A program made the translations under genes and the position numbers. From NCBI GenBank assembly GCA_041579295.1, contig JBFGGA010000001.1, positions 2,339 through 66,338 on the forward strand: a stretch of 64,000 nt of DNA, in the 5' to 3' direction. Source of the stretch: Myxococcota bacterium (GTDB lineage: Bacteria; Myxococcota_A; UBA9160; SMWR01). The notes beneath the pieces were generated by a model. It had not been told where the DNA came from and searched no databases. It saw only the letters and a program-made list of their open reading frames with translations. Of the stretch, positions 9,982 to 20,155 are shown in pieces; within the stretch, counting starts at the first letter, position 1, and the number at the start of each line of letters is the position of its first letter.

Positions 9982-10035
9982 GCGACCGGGCCAAATCCCG
10001 GAACGCGCGGGAGCGCGAGGGGTCGGGCCTCGCCT

Positions 10036-11037
10036 CTACCCGAGGCGCAGCGGAAAGAGCGCGTCGAGGAACAGGGCGAGGACGAAGAGCAAGCCCGCGA
10101 CGCGCGCCAGCGAGAAGGCGGGCGCCGCGTACCACAGCGGCCAGTGGCGGCAGCCGGCGGGTGCGGATTCCGGGCGCGGCCGCGCGTGGATCCGGAGTGC
10201 CCGCCAGAGCTGGGGCGCAGCCGCGGCGACGAGCAGCGACCAGACGCCGACCCTGCCGACCAGGACGAGGCTGATTGCGAAGACGAAGAACAACACCATC
10301 AGCTGTTGATTCAGGAACAGCGCGCGATCCATGCCCATGCGGACGGGAAGCGTTCGGACCCCGCGTGCGGAGTCGAGCTCGATCTTGTCGATGTTCTTCC
10401 CGATCAGGGCCGCGGCAACGAGCAGCGAGTACGGCAGACTGGCCACCACGATCCAGGGCTCGATGCCCCCCGTCGTCGCGAAGTAGCTGCCGCCGACGAT
10501 CAGTGGACCCCAGACGAACGCCGCAGCGGGCGCGGCGAGGCCGCGATTCTTGAGCGCAACGGGCGGCGCGCCGTAGCCGATGCCGATCGAGAGCCCCAGC
10601 AGCGCAAAGGCGGCCACGGGCCAACCCTGGATCTCGGTGAGGTAGAGAACGATCCCCAGGACGAGCAGGACGGCGAGCGCGATCGCGAGGATCAGGCCGG
10701 TCTTCGAGATCAGTCCCGAGAGGATCGGGTGCGGCGCGTACTGGAAGCGCACGTACTCCTCGGGAGCGACCCCGGATTCGAATTCGACGTAGTCGTTGAT
10801 CATGTTGCTCGCAGCGTGGGCCAGGATCAGCGCGAGCAGTGCGATCGCAAAACACGACCAACGCGCACCGGGATCGCCCGCCGCGAGCAGGCCACCGATG
10901 GCGCCGGAGGTGATCGTCAGCGGAATCAGGCTCGCCCGCGAAATCAGCAGCCAGCGCGATACGGGATCCATCACTCGCCCGGAAGAGAGGTTCTGCGTGC
11001 GCAGAATCTCTCCCCAGTTGCGGAGTTCCGATCGCAT
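10036..11037 (-). CDS. UbiA-family (MenA-like) aromatic prenyltransferase
   Basis: 333 aa, polytopic. ASNMINDYVEFESG is the NxxxDxxxD-type first Asp-rich motif, with about 8 TM helices. ATG 11037 verified; an alternative ATG lies at 10971. Confidence 0.8.
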   Translation of the reverse strand: MRSELRNWGEILRTQNLSSGRVMDPVSRWLLISRASLIPLTITSGAIGGLLAAGDPGARWSCFAIALLALILAHAASNMINDYVEFESGVAPEEYVRFQYAPHPILSGLISKTGLILAIALAVLLVLGIVLYLTEIQGWPVAAFALLGLSIGIGYGAPPVALKNRGLAAPAAAFVWGPLIVGGSYFATTGGIEPWIVVASLPYSLLVAAALIGKNIDKIELDSARGVRTLPVRMGMDRALFLNQQLMVLFFVFAISLVLVGRVGVWSLLVAAAAPQLWRALRIHARPRPESAPAGCRHWPLWYAAPAFSLARVAGLLFVLALFLDALFPLRLG

Positions 11038-11159
11038 CGAACTCCTCTGCCGCGCCTGCCCGATCGGCGCGCCGCACGGTGGGGGGATCGCTTCTCAGGC
11101 TAGCGGAATCGGTCGCCAGGTCTAGGAGCCCGACCCAAGATCGGCGCGACGGCCGGGCG

Positions 11160-12266
11160 CTACTCGAGGAGATGGCGCTCCAGCTTCGCGCGCATTTCCG
11201 AGTCCAATCCGAGCGCCTGCTCGAGATAGGCGTCGACCGAGCCGTAACGGGCCACCATCTCGTCCAGGGCGACTTGCAGATACTGCCGCCTGGCCACGAG
11301 AAGCGGCAACAGATCCTCGGGATCGGTCCGGAAGAACGAGTAGAGCGGGACCCAGCGAAGGACGAAGCGGAAGAAGTTCTGCTCGTAGTAGTTGGTTTTG
11401 AGGTAATCCTCGAAGACGGTTTCCATCGGAACACCCAGTGCGAGCAGCACCAGGGCCGACGCAAAGCCGGTCCGATCCTTGCCAGCCGTGCAGTGCACCA
11501 CCGTGGGTAGATCCTCCTCGCGCGCGATGCGCCGGAACATCGCGGCCCACTCCTGCGCGTAGTCGGTGACGAAGGCCCGGTAGGCCTCCCGCATCGTCTT
11601 CTCGACGCCGAGGGCAACCATGCCGCCCGTGCGGATCTTCCTACGCAGCTCCTCCGGATCGACCCCTTCCTGATCCACCGGCAGGTCGAGCACCTCGGGG
11701 GCATCGTCGATGGTCTGATTCGGGCTCGCTTCGCGCTCGCGATCCGAGCGGAAATCGCACACCAGCTTGACGTCGAACTGGCTCAGGTAGTCGAGGTCCG
11801 AACGGGTCAGCTTCGAGAGATCGCTGGTCCGGTAGAGCCGATTCCAGCGAACCGTGCGGCCGTCGGTCGTCTCGTAGCCGCCGAGATCGCGAAAGTTGTC
11901 GCAGCACGCCAGCGGCAGACGGCGCTCGGCGGTGATCGCCGACGCGCCGCCCGCTGCGGGAACGAGCTCGAAATAGAGTCTCCGGCGACTCCCGATGCCC
12001 GGATCGTCGGTGTCCGTCAACAGGACCGACTGATCGTCCACCACCGCGAGCGGAATCGAACGATCGATGAACGATGGGTCGATCCCGCGATAGACGACCA
12101 CGGAGTCTTCGGAGAAGGACTTCGGCCAGCGGATGCGAATGGAGGATTCGTCGACCCGGTTCACGATCGGCCTCTTGACGGTCTGTTCCGGAATGAAGAA
12201 CGCGGGCGTCGAGCACCCGACGAATGCAATCGCGATGGCCGCAAGAGACGAGAGTCTGGTCGACAT
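11160..12266 (-). CDS. Exported (lipoprotein) tyrosine/dual-specificity phosphatase, Y_phosphatase3-like
   Basis: MSTRLSSLAAIAIAFVGCSTP has a lipobox. NFRDLGGY and the catalytic loop VVHCTAGKDRTG (CX5R) are present. Confidence 0.8.
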   Translation of the reverse strand: MSTRLSSLAAIAIAFVGCSTPAFFIPEQTVKRPIVNRVDESSIRIRWPKSFSEDSVVVYRGIDPSFIDRSIPLAVVDDQSVLLTDTDDPGIGSRRRLYFELVPAAGGASAITAERRLPLACCDNFRDLGGYETTDGRTVRWNRLYRTSDLSKLTRSDLDYLSQFDVKLVCDFRSDREREASPNQTIDDAPEVLDLPVDQEGVDPEELRRKIRTGGMVALGVEKTMREAYRAFVTDYAQEWAAMFRRIAREEDLPTVVHCTAGKDRTGFASALVLLALGVPMETVFEDYLKTNYYEQNFFRFVLRWVPLYSFFRTDPEDLLPLLVARRQYLQVALDEMVARYGSVDAYLEQALGLDSEMRAKLERHLLE

Positions 12267-12460
12267 GGGCTTCTCTGGAACGGAAGAGTCGCGTCGCCAC
12301 TCTAGAGCCGCAAGGCCGTGCCCGGGCGTCACTGCCCGCTAGCGACGAAGCTGGGGATCGACGAGCATTCGGATCGGAGCGCTGGCGCGCCCGATGGGAA
12401 CACCCGGGCGTGAGGGCCGCAGCTCTGGCATGCCCCACGGGTGTTGGTAGGCTGCGGGCC

Positions 12461-13228
12461 ATGTCGGGTGCGAGACCGCGCGCGCGGAGTCGGGCGCGAA
12501 GGCGCCGACTGCTCCGGGCATTTGCGCTGTGTGTCGCACTCGCCCTCTCCGTTGCGGTTGCACTCACCGCGACTGCCGTGCTGCTCTTCGCATCGATCGC
12601 GCCCCCGACGTCGGCCTTCATGCTGATCAGCCGATTCACGGATCCCGCGACAGGTCAGCCCTGCGACGCCGTGGACTACGCATGGCTGGACTTCGAGTCG
12701 ATCGCGCCGGATCTCGCGCTGGCGGTGATCGTCGCCGAAGACCAGCGCTTCTTCGAGCACTCGGGCTTCGATCTCAATGCGATCGGCCGGGCGCTGAACG
12801 AGCAGGCGCAGGGCGTCCGACTGCGCGGAGCGAGCACGATCAGTCAACAGCTGGCGAAGAATCTATTCCTGTGGCCCGGCCGGAGCTTGCTGCGCAAGGG
12901 TCTGGAGGCCTGGTTCACCGCCTGGCTCGAATGGCTCTGGCCGAAACGCCGCATCCTCGAGGTCTATCTGAACGTCGCACAGTTTGGACCGTGCCTTTTC
13001 GGCGCGGGAGCCGCGAGCGATCGATACTTCAACAGCGAAGCCATTGCGCTCCGCCCCCGCGAAGCCGCGCTGCTCGCCGCGGTGCTACCCAATCCGAAGC
13101 GCCTGCGCGTGCACGATCCGGGGCCCTACGCGCGCGAGCGAATCGCCGAGATTCTCGAGTTGATGCGCTCGCACCGAGACGGAGCGATCGGAGTCAACCT
13201 CTCGCGAATCACCGGCCGCGCAAATTGA
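12461..13228 (+). CDS. mtgA: Monofunctional biosynthetic peptidoglycan transglycosylase
   Basis: ATG 12461, then a TM anchor LLRAFALCVALALSVAVALTATAVLLF. GT51 motifs AEDQRFFEHSGFD, GASTISQQLAKNLFL and RKGLEAWFT are present. Confidence 0.9.
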   Translation: MSGARPRARSRARRRRLLRAFALCVALALSVAVALTATAVLLFASIAPPTSAFMLISRFTDPATGQPCDAVDYAWLDFESIAPDLALAVIVAEDQRFFEHSGFDLNAIGRALNEQAQGVRLRGASTISQQLAKNLFLWPGRSLLRKGLEAWFTAWLEWLWPKRRILEVYLNVAQFGPCLFGAGAASDRYFNSEAIALRPREAALLAAVLPNPKRLRVHDPGPYARERIAEILELMRSHRDGAIGVNLSRITGRAN

Positions 13229-13310
13229 AGCGCGAGGCGCTCGGAGGCCGGGTCGGTTTGCGTTACGGTTGCGCCGATCCGCGACACGGGGTGCGAGGGG
13301 TCTGCCGCGA

Positions 13311-14045
13311 ATGAGCTGGATCCGCTTCGTCCAGGGCTTGCTGATCGCCTCGCTCGTGCTGTCGTTGCCCGCTGCCGCGTTGGCGGTATTCGCGTTCGAC
13401 TTCGATCGGGGCGCGACGGGCGACGTGGTGGCGATCGTCTTCCTGGGCGCACTCGTCGGCCTCCTATCGACGCCCTGGTGGCCCGCGGCGCGACAGCGCG
13501 GGCGACCGCGCTTCGAAAACCTGCAGGGCATGGTGATGATCTGGTTCGGAGTCACCTTCACGACCCACCTGACCTGGGAGCTCGGCTGGGTGCTGCTCCG
13601 CGAAGCGATCGTCGCGTCGCCCGACGCGATCTGGTCGTATCCCTGGTGGGTCTACATCGACGGGGGCGACGCGCGCTACGCGAGCGACAGCGCGCAGTTG
13701 ATCACCCTCGAGTGTCTGACGGCTGCCGTGGGAGCAATCGGCTTCTCCGCGCTCTGGATCCGCCACCGCTCCAACGGGCGGAGCCCGACCGCAACGCTGA
13801 TGCTGATGGCGACGGCGGTCGCCCACCTCTACGGCACCGCGATGTATTTCGGAAGCGAGGCGATCGACGGTTTTCCCAACGTCGATACCACGAGCTTCTT
13901 CGATTGCGTGCTGAAGTTCTGGATCCTCAATGGAATCTGGCTCGCGATGCCGTGGGCGGTGATCCACTGGGGCACGCGCACCCTCGCGGCGCAATTCGCG
14001 GATCGACAGCGCCGAGCGGCGAGACCCCGGACGGGACCCGGCTGA
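13311..14045 (+). CDS. Polytopic membrane protein, possibly EXPERA/EBP-like
   Basis: ATG 13311 (MSWIRFVQGLLIASLVLSLPAAALAVFAF). Several Trp-rich TM helices follow (WELGWVLL, WWVYIDGG, FWILNGIWLAMPW). The family assignment is tentative. Confidence 0.55.
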   Translation: MSWIRFVQGLLIASLVLSLPAAALAVFAFDFDRGATGDVVAIVFLGALVGLLSTPWWPAARQRGRPRFENLQGMVMIWFGVTFTTHLTWELGWVLLREAIVASPDAIWSYPWWVYIDGGDARYASDSAQLITLECLTAAVGAIGFSALWIRHRSNGRSPTATLMLMATAVAHLYGTAMYFGSEAIDGFPNVDTTSFFDCVLKFWILNGIWLAMPWAVIHWGTRTLAAQFADRQRRAARPRTGPG

Positions 14046-14084
14046 GAGCGCTCGCGGCCGAGGATCGAATCGGGGCGGCGGAGC

Positions 14085-15185
14085 TCAGCCTTCCGGGGCG
14101 GCCTGCGGGCTGACGTCGCCGACGCCCTGCGAAGCGGGGCCGGCAGGCCCCTCTGGATCGCCGTCCGGAGCGGCCTCGAAGCCGCCTTCCAGCGCACCCT
14201 CTTCGCTGCCCTCCAGCGCGCTCTCCAGGCCGCCCTCCGCGGCGCGCTTGGCGTCGAGCGCGGCCTCCAGGTTGCGCAGGATCTTCAGCGTGTCGTCGCC
14301 CGGGGCCTGGAGGGCCAACTCGTAATGGGCGATCGCGTCGTCCCAGAGCCCGTTCATGTAGTAGACGTAGGCGAGGTTGTTCTCGGCCGCCTGCTCGCTA
14401 CCCGCGGAGCGAAATGCGCTCATCGCCTCCGCGTAGCGGCCCTGTCGACCCAGCGCGATGCCGAGGTTGTTGCGGTAGGCGGGATCTCTCGCCTCCAGGG
14501 AGATCGCCTGGCGAAAAGCCTTCTCCGCGCGCGCCGCATCACCCGCGAGCAGATTGGCGATGCCGTAGTTGTTGACGATCGCGGAGTTCTTCGGCGCCAG
14601 CTCAGCTGCGCGGCCGGCGTGTTCCTGTGCGTCCTGGTAGAGGCGAAGCGCGCCGAGGGCCAGCGCGTAGGCGCCGTGCGCGTCCGCGGATTCCGGATCC
14701 AGCTCGAGCGCCCGCTCGAGATGGCGAGACGCGCCCTCGGGGTCGCCTTGGGCGAGCCGAGCCAGGCCGAGCCCGACGTAGGCCATCGTCGAGGTGGGAT
14801 CGGTCTCGACGATCTTCAGGAAGACCTCTTCCGCCCGCTCGGGCTCGCGAGCGAGCTGCAGGTAGGCGATCCCCGCGTGGGAGCGCGAGTCCGCGGGGTC
14901 CAGCCGGAAGGCCTCGAAGTAGAGCCTCGTCGCCTTTTCGACATCGCCCGCGCGATGCGAGCGCTGTGCGGCGGCGAGGGTCTCGTCGAAGGACGGCGCC
15001 GTCTCCTTTTCGACCTCCGCCACCTCCGCGGCGGCCCGCTCGGCCATGTACTGGCGGTACGCCTCGAGCGAGGTCTCGTTTTCGCTCTGGCCCCAGAGCG
15101 ACGCGCAGCCGGCCAGGCAGAGCCCGATCGCGGTGGCCAGCAGAGAGCGCGCAAGGCGGGCGAGCCGATGAGGTGCAGGTGTCAT
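14085..15185 (-). CDS. tadD: TPR-repeat lipoprotein (TadD-like position and architecture)
   Basis: MTPAPHRLARLARSLLATAIGLCLAGCAS has a lipobox. Multiple TPR units follow (AYVGLGLARLAQGDPEGA..., NNLGIALGRQGRYAEA...). It is the last gene of the Tad locus. Confidence 0.7.
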   Translation of the reverse strand: MTPAPHRLARLARSLLATAIGLCLAGCASLWGQSENETSLEAYRQYMAERAAAEVAEVEKETAPSFDETLAAAQRSHRAGDVEKATRLYFEAFRLDPADSRSHAGIAYLQLAREPERAEEVFLKIVETDPTSTMAYVGLGLARLAQGDPEGASRHLERALELDPESADAHGAYALALGALRLYQDAQEHAGRAAELAPKNSAIVNNYGIANLLAGDAARAEKAFRQAISLEARDPAYRNNLGIALGRQGRYAEAMSAFRSAGSEQAAENNLAYVYYMNGLWDDAIAHYELALQAPGDDTLKILRNLEAALDAKRAAEGGLESALEGSEEGALEGGFEAAPDGDPEGPAGPASQGVGDVSPQAAPEG

Positions 15186-15228
15186 TGCGATCTCATCGGC
15201 AGCCGGTTTTTTGGACTTTACGTCGGCG

Positions 15229-16605
15229 CTATCGGCCGTGGCGCTCGAAGAGATCGGCCGCGAGCGTGAACCCGGAGAGCTTGAGCTTCTCGGCGAACTT
15301 CGGCCGCACGCCGGTCGGCACGATCTCGCCGAGCACGTTCCCCTCCGAGTCGATTCCCCTGCGCTCGAAGGTGAAGATCTCCTGCATCGTGACGATCTCG
15401 CCCTCCATGCCGGTGATCTCCTGCAGGCTCACGAGCTTGCGTCGGCCGTCGCTCAAGCGGGAGAGCTGGACCACCACGTCGATCGCCGACGCGATCTGGC
15501 TGCGCACGGACCGCTGCGGCATGTCGAGTCCCGCCATCGCGACCATCGTCTCCACGCGGCTCAGAGCGTCGCGTGGCGAGTTCGCGTGGACGGTCGTCAG
15601 CGAGCCGTCGTGACCGGTGTTCATCGCCTGCAGCATGTCGAGCGATTCCGCGCCGCGAACCTCGCCGACCACGATGCGGTCTGGTCGCATCCGGAGGCTG
15701 TTGATCACGAGGTCGCGCTGCGCGATGCGCCCGTTGCCCTCGATGTTCGCGGGGCGCGTCTCCAGACGAACGACATGCTCCTGCTTCAGCTGGAGCTCCG
15801 CCGAGTCCTCGATCGTGACGATGCGCTCGCATTCGGGGATGAAGCTCGAGACGACGTTCAGCAGGGTCGTCTTGCCGGCACCCGTTCCACCAGAGATGAG
15901 CACGTTCAAGCGGCACGCGACGACCGCGCGCAGGAGCTCGACGATCTCGAGTGTGAGGGCCCCGTTTTCGACGAGGTCATCGACCGTCAATGGATCGGCG
16001 CCGAAGCGTCGAATCGAAACCGAAGGGCCGTCGAGGGCGAGCGGTGGAATGATCACGTTGACGCGAGATCCGTCGGCAAGTCTCGCATCGACGAGCGGCG
16101 ACGATTCGTCGATCCGCCGCCCCACGGCGGAGACTATCTTGTCGATGATGCGCATCAGATGCGCGTCGTCCCTGAAGCGGGCGACCGTCTTCTCCAGTTT
16201 TCCGCGTCGCTCGATGTAGATGTCGTTGCAGCCATTGACCAGGATGTCCGAGATCGTCGGATCCTGGAGCAGCGGTTCGAGCGGCCCGAGGCCGAACACT
16301 TCGTGCTGGATCTCCTTCACGAAGCGCTCCCGTTCCTCCAGCGTCAGGAGGAATTTCTCCTCTTCGAGAATCTGAACCGTTGCCGTCGCGATGTCCGAGC
16401 AGACCTGCTCTTCGCTGACGGACGAGATCCGGCCGAAGTCGATCACGTCGAACAGCCGATTGTGGACCCGCGACTTCAGATCCTGGTACAGCGCATCGCG
16501 AGCGGGGGGCGCCGAGCTGCGCTTTCCGTTCTTCGGCTGCGCGGCGGGCGCCGTGGACTTGGCGGGTGCGGGGCTGGAGCCCTTGAGTCGATCAAGCAGA
16601 GCCAC
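15229..16605 (-). CDS. tadA: Tad pilus secretion ATPase TadA/CpaF
   Basis: Walker [15 protein letters not shown], a [11 protein letters not shown] Asp box, Walker B/His box [14 protein letters not shown]...[17 protein letters not shown] 16605 sits 7 nt after AGGAGG; the ORF upstream of it overlaps tadZ. Confidence 0.95.
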   Translation of the reverse strand: MALLDRLKGSSPAPAKSTAPAAQPKNGKRSSAPPARDALYQDLKSRVHNRLFDVIDFGRISSVSEEQVCSDIATATVQILEEEKFLLTLEERERFVKEIQHEVFGLGPLEPLLQDPTISDILVNGCNDIYIERRGKLEKTVARFRDDAHLMRIIDKIVSAVGRRIDESSPLVDARLADGSRVNVIIPPLALDGPSVSIRRFGADPLTVDDLVENGALTLEIVELLRAVVACRLNVLISGGTGAGKTTLLNVVSSFIPECERIVTIEDSAELQLKQEHVVRLETRPANIEGNGRIAQRDLVINSLRMRPDRIVVGEVRGAESLDMLQAMNTGHDGSLTTVHANSPRDALSRVETMVAMAGLDMPQRSVRSQIASAIDVVVQLSRLSDGRRKLVSLQEITGMEGEIVTMQEIFTFERRGIDSEGNVLGEIVPTGVRPKFAEKLKLSGFTLAADLFERHGR

Positions 16606-17797
16606 GTGAGGACCTCCTGGAGAACACGCCGCGGAAGCGACGGGCGATGCCGCGAGCCGGCTCGGCCTGCGGAGCATCGACGCCGCACCACGCGTAGACA
16701 TCGAGCGCGAGCTTTCGATAGGCCTCGCAGATTGCGCTGCCACGGGATATCTGCCCGATCGGCCTCCCCTGGTTGACGCTTTCCGCCGTCGTCGCATAGT
16801 CGTTGGGAATGAGCGCATCGGGCTCGCTTCCCAGGACACGCTTGAAGTCGCTGACGGTGATCGCGCCGCCCTTCGAATGGCGATTGCCGACCGTGCGGAC
16901 CCGAGAGCCGTCGAGTGCGAGCCCTTCGAGCAGCTTCTTGTGCTGGCGCGCGTGGTTGAGCGTCGGGACGTCGAAGAGGGTCACCAACAGTATCTGGTCG
17001 GCGATGCTCAATGCCTGGACGCTCGCTTCGTTCCAGCTGCGGGAGACGTCCACCAACACCCAGTCGAAACCGGATCTCAGGATCGGAAGCACGCGCTCGA
17101 CATGGACGCCGTGAATGCCCTCGGCCTCCTCCATCTGCGTGGGCCCCGCGAGGATCTGTACCCCGCTGTCGTGCCCCTTGAGAATCGTTCGGATGTAGGT
17201 CGCGTCGAGCTCCTGCTCGGCGCGGGCGAGATCGGCCAACGTGTAGGTGGGGTCCACGTCGTAGTGAAGCGCGACGTCTCCGAGTGGATAGTTGAGGTCG
17301 ACGATCACGGTGCGGCCGCCGAGTTCCTGAAGCGAGGCGGCGAGCTGGCAGGCCAGGACGGTCGCACCGACACCCCCCTTGGTTCCCATCACCGCCACGA
17401 CTCGGCCCGCCCCCGTAGCGGAAATCGGGGTGGCGCTGCGTACGAGCTCGACGATGACCGAGTGCAGCTCCTCCTCCGCGGGCGCCGTCGGAAAGAAGTG
17501 CTTCACACCCAGGTGCATGGCGCGCAGAATCAGCGAGCTCTCGGTGTGAGGTCCCGATACCACCGTTAGAGGGAGTCCGCTGTGCAACGACTCCAGCAGA
17601 TCCAGCACTACGTGCGGCGCGTGGCCGAGATCAGCGAAGAGGCCATCGGGCTTCTCGGACTTGAGCACGCCGAGAAGCTGATCGGGGTCGCCGACCACCG
17701 TGGCGACGCGCGCCTCCCCGCTGGCCCCGATCTGCCGCTCGATCTCGGCGGCGAATTCGGGCTCTTCCGAGAAGATGACGAACGAAAACATGTTCAA
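16592..17797 (-). CDS. tadZ: TadZ/CpaE: receiver-like N-domain plus MinD/ParA-type ATPase
   Basis: N-terminal pseudo-receiver ([15 protein letters not shown]...), then [24 protein letters not shown] (deviant Walker A) and a ParA-like core. Confidence 0.85.
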   Translation of the reverse strand: MNMFSFVIFSEEPEFAAEIERQIGASGEARVATVVGDPDQLLGVLKSEKPDGLFADLGHAPHVVLDLLESLHSGLPLTVVSGPHTESSLILRAMHLGVKHFFPTAPAEEELHSVIVELVRSATPISATGAGRVVAVMGTKGGVGATVLACQLAASLQELGGRTVIVDLNYPLGDVALHYDVDPTYTLADLARAEQELDATYIRTILKGHDSGVQILAGPTQMEEAEGIHGVHVERVLPILRSGFDWVLVDVSRSWNEASVQALSIADQILLVTLFDVPTLNHARQHKKLLEGLALDGSRVRTVGNRHSKGGAITVSDFKRVLGSEPDALIPNDYATTAESVNQGRPIGQISRGSAICEAYRKLALDVYAWCGVDAPQAEPARGIARRFRGVFSRRSSRGSA

Positions 17798-17875
17798 ACC
17801 CCTGTCCGCTGCCCATCGAAGACGCGGGCCGATGCACGCAAATCTCCGATCCTCGTTCCAGACCCCGGCGGCCGA

Positions 17876-18169
17876 TCAGTTGGCGTCGATCTGGATGATC
17901 GACGGCATCTGCACGGGTGCCGGCTGGCTCTGCTTCTCGAAGTAGCGATCCATCACCACGGCGGCGGTGTCCGGATCGATCGTGGGAGCATCGGCGTTCT
18001 CGTAGACCGCATTCGGATTCTCGGTCTGCGTGACGGTATTCTCGAAAACCGCCTCACCCATGTGCTGGTCCACCCAGGAGGGACCCATCGGAGTCATCGA
18101 TTCACAGCCAATCAGCATGGCGATACCGGCGATGGCGGCAGCCAGGCTTCCCAGTCGCAGCGTTCTCAT
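17876..18169 (-). CDS. Small lipoprotein coupled to the secretin gene (RcpB/CpaD/pilotin position)
   Basis: ATG 18169 overlaps the secretin stop (ATGA). MRTLRLGSLAAAIAGIAMLIGCES has a lipobox. 97 aa with no recognisable family. Confidence 0.6.
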   Translation of the reverse strand: MRTLRLGSLAAAIAGIAMLIGCESMTPMGPSWVDQHMGEAVFENTVTQTENPNAVYENADAPTIDPDTAAVVMDRYFEKQSQPAPVQMPSIIQIDAN

Positions 18170-19650
18170 TGAAGACCTCCCTCGAACGTAGTGGTGACGC
18201 GGTGACCGGTGTCGCCGATCAACCCTTCGGTGTCGAACTGGCCGAGCAATTCGCCCTCCGCGGGCTCGGGCGGCATGCCCTCGAGAGCCCCCCACAGGAA
18301 GAACTCGAGCGCGCTCGGCTCGACGAAGTGATCGGTGGGAAGCGGATGCGGGCCCGGACCCAGCGGCTTGACGAGCGTCGGCGTAACGATGATGACGAGC
18401 TCGGTCTCATCCTTCAGGAACTGAGTGCTGCGGAACAGCGCACCGAGAATCGGAAGGTCGCCCAGCAGCGGATACTTGCCCGCAATCTCGCGGACCTCCT
18501 CGCTCAAGAGGCCGGCGATCATGAAGCTCTGTCCATCCGCGAGCTCGATGCTCGTCGACGCCCGCCGGCTCGCGAAGCCGGGAACCAGCGTTCCGGACAC
18601 CTCGGTTCCAAACGTGAAGTCCGCGCGGCTGACCTCGGGATTGACCACGAGGTGGATTCGATCCGGGCCGAGGACCGTGGGCGTGAACGAGAGACCCACG
18701 CCGAAATCCTTGTACTCGACGGTGATCGAGCCGAACGCGCCACCCTGTGCGACGGGAATCGGCACCTCGCCTCCCACCAGGAAGCTCGCCGACTCGCCGC
18801 TTCTCGCCACGAGCGTGGGCTCGGCGAGGATCTTGCTGAGCCCCTGCTCGTCGAGCAGATCCAGGAAGACCTCGAGCGCCTCGAGCGCGCCGAATCCGGT
18901 GAATGAGCCGAAGATATTGGCCATGCTGTTCGCCAAGCTACCACCGCCCGGAGAGACCAGGGTCCCGACGAAGCTACCGATCCCGACCTGGCCGCTGCCG
19001 GCCGTGATCAGCGCCGCGAAGTTCGTCCCGAACTCCCGATTCAGGGAGCGCGACATTTCCGCAACGATGACCTTGAGCATGACCTGGTGGTTGCCACCGA
19101 CCTCGATCAGATTGACGATTCGCGCAGCGTCGCCCTTCTCTCCGACCATTCCGTGGGCAAGCTTCAGGGCTTGATCGAGCAGCACGCTGCTGGAGACGCT
19201 TCCCCTGAGGATGACCGCGTTTCCGGCTCCCTCCACTGAAATCGTGTCGCTGTTCAGGTAGCGCCGCAGCGACCGCTCGATGTGCGCGTAGGCGGTGCCG
19301 ACGTCGACCTGGATGACGGCCTGCGGCCTGCCCCTGTCGTTCCAGAGCAGCACGTTCGTCACGCCAATGCCCTTGGCGACGAGCTGCAGGTCCTTGGGCC
19401 CGAGCGCCACCACGTCGACGAAGTCGGGATTGCCGATCGAAATCCGTTTCACGGTGTAGGCGGTGTTGAGGCTGATCGACTTGCCTATTTCGATCTGCAG
19501 ATCGTGCACTCGTTCCTGCTCGCTGAGCGGAACCGCAAGGCGGATCGAACCGTGATCGGGACTCAGCGTCGCGGCAGAGCTCGTAGAGACGATTCCGGAC
19601 ATCGAGAGCGTCCAGAGCGCAATGCCTGACCAAATCAGGATCCGCATCAT
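18166..19650 (-). CDS. rcpA: Tad pilus secretin RcpA/CpaC
   Basis: Signal peptide MMRILIWSGIALWTLSMSGIVSTSSAA at the internal ATG 19650. BON-like and secretin-N regions, then the C-terminal secretin core (...PLLGDLPILGALFRS...ELVIIVTPTLV). Confidence 0.9.
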   Translation of the reverse strand: MMRILIWSGIALWTLSMSGIVSTSSAATLSPDHGSIRLAVPLSEQERVHDLQIEIGKSISLNTAYTVKRISIGNPDFVDVVALGPKDLQLVAKGIGVTNVLLWNDRGRPQAVIQVDVGTAYAHIERSLRRYLNSDTISVEGAGNAVILRGSVSSSVLLDQALKLAHGMVGEKGDAARIVNLIEVGGNHQVMLKVIVAEMSRSLNREFGTNFAALITAGSGQVGIGSFVGTLVSPGGGSLANSMANIFGSFTGFGALEALEVFLDLLDEQGLSKILAEPTLVARSGESASFLVGGEVPIPVAQGGAFGSITVEYKDFGVGLSFTPTVLGPDRIHLVVNPEVSRADFTFGTEVSGTLVPGFASRRASTSIELADGQSFMIAGLLSEEVREIAGKYPLLGDLPILGALFRSTQFLKDETELVIIVTPTLVKPLGPGPHPLPTDHFVEPSALEFFLWGALEGMPPEPAEGELLGQFDTEGLIGDTGHRVTTTFEGGLQ

Positions 19651-19813
19651 CCATCCGACGCTCTCGGAGTGCCTACTCGGTGTCGTGTAGAGTATCAACA
19701 TGCCGATCTCCTGATTTGCAGCGTCCATCATGTAATGCCATTGCCTCGTTGCTTCGCTCTTTACCGAGATCACGATGAACCCGGAGCAGCAGTAACGCGG
19801 CGATCGTCCTAAG

Positions 19814-19829
19814 AGCAAGGGGCGTGCCA
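19814..19829 (-). promoter_or_regulatory. Sigma-54 (-24/-12) promoter upstream of the secretin gene
   Basis: Minus strand reads ccTGGCACGCCCCTTGCTct, a full match to TGGCACG-N4-TTGCW with GG and GC at the canonical spacing. It lies 164 nt upstream of ATG 19650. Confidence 0.65.
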
Positions 19830-19972
19830 GGCGGGATTTGCCGATGGCTCGTCGAGGAGAAAAGAGCGGAGTCTCGGCTTGCTTCGCGGGCAACTGCTCG
19901 TAGATGAAGCGCCGAATAACCGCATTCTCGATCGGATCTGATGTAGGCCACTACCCAAGACTCCCCTCCGGG

Positions 19973-20007
19973 ACACAGGCCTGAATTTTCTTGCGGCCCT
20001 CGGGGAA
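19973..20007 (-). promoter_or_regulatory. 35-bp conserved upstream element (candidate enhancer/UAS), copy 2
   Basis: Minus strand TTCCCCGAGGGCCGCAAGAAAATTCAGGCCTGTGT is 31/35 identical to 25646-25680. It lies exactly 143 nt upstream of the sigma-54 promoter, as in the other copy. Confidence 0.55.
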
Positions 20008-20155
20008 TCGACCGCATCGCGAAACCGCAACAACCCATCGATCGGCAGTGACCATAGAGATCGCGCGGCGCCCGACCGGAAGGGGCACACGGTTGCACGG
20101 ACGACGTCCGCTCGCGGGGATGGCGCGATGATCGGCCTCGTGACGCCAGGGCAGC

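Noticed and set aside
20084-20097. Plus-strand GGCACACGGTTGCA, a sigma-54-like box in the tadC-secretin gap
   Set aside because: The GG-to-GC spacing is one base too short. The orientation points into the 3' end of tadC, against the direction of all neighbouring genes.
19673-20098. 141-aa minus-strand ORF and the upstream extension of the secretin ORF (to 19893) in the tadC-secretin gap
   Set aside because: The translations are Cys/Arg-rich with no motifs. A proper signal peptide begins only at ATG 19650. The interval contains the sigma-54 promoter and is better explained as promoter plus leader.
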